64,000 nucleotides of DNA from the human T2T-CHM13v2.0 reference genome, Homo sapiens, in NCBI RefSeq assembly GCF_009914755.1, contig NC_060927.1; one strand, given 5' to 3'. Below are positions 60,916 through 64,000 of the stretch, one piece after another. Positions within the stretch are counted from its first letter, which is position 1, and every line of letters starts with the position of its first letter. The translations under genes and the position numbers were made by a program. The notes beneath the pieces were generated by a model, which worked only from the letters and a program-made list of their open reading frames with translations, was not told the origin of the DNA and made no database searches.

Positions 60916-62814
60916 TCACCCTTGTTTTGACATAAAACGCATCCTTTTCTAAGAAATCTTCTTAGCTCATTTTCTTTGTTCCGAAGAATGTCTTTTGGGA
61001 ATTTCGTCAAACATGACTCTGGTTCTCGTGTTGAGTGGAGGGCTGTGCCCTGGGGTTGACCTTTATCCCATTACATTCTCGGCACCCTCCATTTTTCTTT
61101 GATTTAAACTAGAGGGAAGCTTGGCTTGGGCTTGGAGCAGTCAGCTCTTTCTGGCAGTCTGCAGAGCTGCTGAAGGGGAAGTCACCAGACACCAAGCCCT
61201 GGCGGTTGCTAGGTGCTCAGGTTACACTGATACACAAAATGAGCGTATTCAAGACCCAAGTTCAAGTTTCCCTGCTTATAATTTTCTGGAGAGTCAGGGA
61301 GGGAGCAGCCATATCCTACCCACAGCCCCTGGGAACTCTGCCTCATGTCTGGCATCAAGGGAATCTTTCCTCCCAACGGTGGCACAGGACTGACCTGGGA
61401 ACCCACACAATTGCAGCTTCATTCTGGCAGCTGGGGTTTTTGCCCCATAAAATGGCAGTGTCCCTTTAATTCCCTGCGGGTCTCCTCTCCGGGCTGGCAG
61501 TAGGTTAAATGGATCAACTGACCAGCCCTTTCTCACTGGGGGTTGTGGGATGGAAATTCTTCTTACTTGCTTCAGCTTGTGTCCAGGAACAAAGAACAGT
61601 TAAGCAGGGATTAACTTTTCCCTCTGTTGGTTTCTCTGTCCTTTCTCAGAAGAGTACACGTCTAATTCAGGGACATAGGTTCCTCTTGGAGCCCCACTTC
61701 TTTCCTTCCTTGACCATCCATGGAGCTATTGACTGTCCCAGCTGTTCTAGTCTTCTATACTCCCACTGTGGGGAGCAAAGTGTCTCTCTGGGTTGATTTC
61801 CCAGCGTGGCTCCTTGCAACTCTGATTTTAGCTTCACCTATTTCTCTCCAGCACATACCCTGGACTGGCCCTCTACACATTCCAAAAACTTTCTATTAGT
61901 GATGTTATTTCCCCAAGTAGCCTTCTTTTCTGAAAAGAGAATATATTGAACATCTTATACACACATTCTTGTTCTCATTGAGATTTGACAGCAAAGGGTG
62001 GTAGAAAGCGCACTGATTTGAGAGTTGGGGTTTCTGGGTTCTCATTCTACCTTTGGCATTAACTAGTGTGTGACATGGAGAAAGTCGCTTCCCTTGGCTC
62101 ACGGTCCCCTCTATAAGGCCAGTGAGTCCTTCCAATGCTAACTCTCTAGTGTCTATATTGAATAATCTTGCCATCTCTTGTGGGTTTGATCAGCATTTTG
62201 TCAATCCCCATGACAAACCAGTTTCCAGTTTGGCATGTTTCTGGTGGAGCTAAGGCTGTTGGAACGTGGGAACTGGTCATGATCCATTCTTCATTCTCTC
62301 CATTGAGGGCACCCAAAATAAAAGCCAATGGTTTAACGACAGTACTCGGGATGGGGACAGCTGAGATTAGGCCCAGGACGCAACCTCCTCACACTGATAT
62401 TGAGACCACAGGAGACTGTGGTATCTTGTTCTTGCGGATTCCATGACAACCTGAAGTGTCCATCTCAAAAATGTCATCCTACCACACCATATCCCTCGCC
62501 TCCTAAACTCACACCTTAGGCCAATCCTGAGGGCAGCATAGTAACTGGACATGACCCACCAACCATGCTCCAGAAGAGACATCCTGGCTGCCACAGGTCT
62601 GCACCTTCCCTGCTGAGGCAGAGCCTTCTTTCCTGAATTTGTTTGCCAAATTCATGTGTCCCCAAATGGTCCTTCTTATAGAGATGTCTGATTTGCAATC
62701 CTTACAACACCTTCATTGCTTTAAAAGAATGCAGGAATGGCTGAATAGGAACAGCTCCGGTCTACAGCTCCCAGCGTGAGCGACACAGAAGACGGGTGAT
62801 TTCTGCATTTCCAA

Positions 62815-63174
62815 CTAAGGTACCGGGTTCATCTCACTGGGAAGCGCCAGACAGTACGTGCAGGACAGTGGGTGCAGCGCACCATGTGCGAGCCAAAGCA
62901 GGGCGAGGCATCGCCTCACCCAGGAAGCACAAGGGGTCAGGGAATTCCCTTTCGTAGTCAAAGAAAGGGGTGACAGACAGCATCTGGAAAATCGGGTCAC
63001 TCCCACCCTAATACTGCGCTTTTCCAACAGGCTTAAAAAACAGCACACCAGGAGATTATATCCCGCACATGGCTCCGAAGGTCCTACGCCCATGGAGTCT
63101 CGCTCATTGCTAGCACAGCAGTCCGAGATCAAACTGCAAGGCGGCAGCAAGGCTGGGGGAGGGGCGCCCGCCAT
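62815..63174 (-). CDS. LINE-1 ORF0 homologue, open and extended to 119 aa
   Basis: MAGAPPPALLPPCSLISDCCASNERDSMGVGPSEP...EKRSIRVGVTRFSRC matches primate L1 ORF0. Expression unknown. Confidence 0.6.
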   Translation of the reverse strand: MAGAPPPALLPPCSLISDCCASNERDSMGVGPSEPCAGYNLLVCCFLSLLEKRSIRVGVTRFSRCCLSPLSLTTKGNSLTPCASWVRRCLALLWLAHGALHPLSCTYCLALPSEMNPVP

Positions 63175-63756
63175 TGCCCAGTTAGTTGTTTGATTAGGTA
63201 AACAAAGCGGCTGGGAAGCTCCATCTGGGTGGAGCCCATCACAGCTCAAGGAGGCTTGCCTGCCTCTGTAGGCTCCACCTCTGGGGGCAGGGCACAGACA
63301 AACAAAAAGACAGCAGTAACCTCTGCAGACTTAAATGTCCCTCTCTGACAGCTTTGAAGAGAGTAGTGGTTCTCCCAGCACGCAGCTTGAGATCTGAGAA
63401 CGGGCAGACTGCCTCCTCAAGTGGGTCTTTGACCCCCGAGTAGCCTAACTGGGAGGCAACCCCCAGTAGGGGCGGACTGACACCTCACACGGCCGGGTAC
63501 TCCTCTGAGACAAAACTTCCGGAGGAACAATCAGGCAGCAGCATTTGTGGCTCACCAAAATCCACTGTTCTGCAGCCACCGCTGCTGATACCCAGGCAAA
63601 CAGAGTCTGGAGTGGACCTCTAGCAAACTCCAACAGACCTGCAGCTGAGGGTCCTGTTTGTTAGAAGGAAAACTAACAAACAGAAAGCACATCCACACCA
63701 AAACCCCATCTGTACATCACCATCATCAAAGACCAAAGGTAGATAAAACCACAAAG

Positions 63757-64000
63757 ATGGGGAAAAAACACAGCAGAAAAACTGGAAACTCTAAAAATCA
63801 GAGCGCCTTTCCTCCTCCAAAGGAACGCAGCTCCTCACCAGCAACGGAACAAATCTGGACGGAGAATGACTTTGATGAGTTGAGAGAAGAAGGCTTCAGA
63901 TGATCAAGCTACTCCGAGCTACAGGAGGAAATTTGAACCTATGGCAAAGAAGTTAAAAGCTTTGAAAAAAAAAATTAGACAAATGGATAACTAGAATGAC
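63757..64000 (+). pseudogene. LINE-1 ORF1p pseudogene
   Basis: MGKKHSRKTGNSKNQSAFPPPKERSSSPATEQIWTENDFDELREEGFR, then in-frame TGA at 63901 and 63934, plus an expanded A-run near 63965. Confidence 0.92.

Larger units (their letters stand above)
62737..64000 (+). mobile_element. 5' end of a near full-length L1PA (L1PA3-PA6 class), running off the window
   Basis: atggctgaataggaacagctccggtctacagctcccagcgtgagcgac... 5' UTR of about 1020 bp, then ORF1. It follows a TT|AAAA endonuclease site at 62721-62726. Confidence 0.97.

Overview
Primate (human or great ape) genomic DNA, essentially intergenic or intronic, with no recognisable protein-coding gene. The ORF track reflects Alu, LTR, L1 and low-complexity translations. 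The window holds about 34 Alu copies, a full-length THE1 provirus nested in an MLT1 LTR, a MER4A-type solo LTR, several MLT1 LTRs, MIR, old L1M and hAT MITE relics, a tailless 5S rRNA fragment, and the 5' end of a near full-length L1PA (ZNF93-site class, YY1 site truncated, ORF0 open, ORF1 dead). The dominant feature is a ~14 kb tandem array (about 31138-45152) of ~500 copies of a 28-bp unit, consensus GATAGTTTACTATCTGCAGCGCATTTGG. Each unit has a conserved dyad core (GATAGT-TT-ACTATC) and a variable segment. The array also shows nested multi-unit duplications and a template-switch scar. It looks CRISPR-like at first sight but is a minisatellite/VNTR. Other oddities: a ~220-bp locally templated inverted duplication, three copies of one retrotransposon target site, a collapsed inverted Alu pair, and a possible minus-strand spliced transcript at the left end. 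Repeat family names come from recalled consensus sequences, not a database search, and boundaries are approximate to a few bp.
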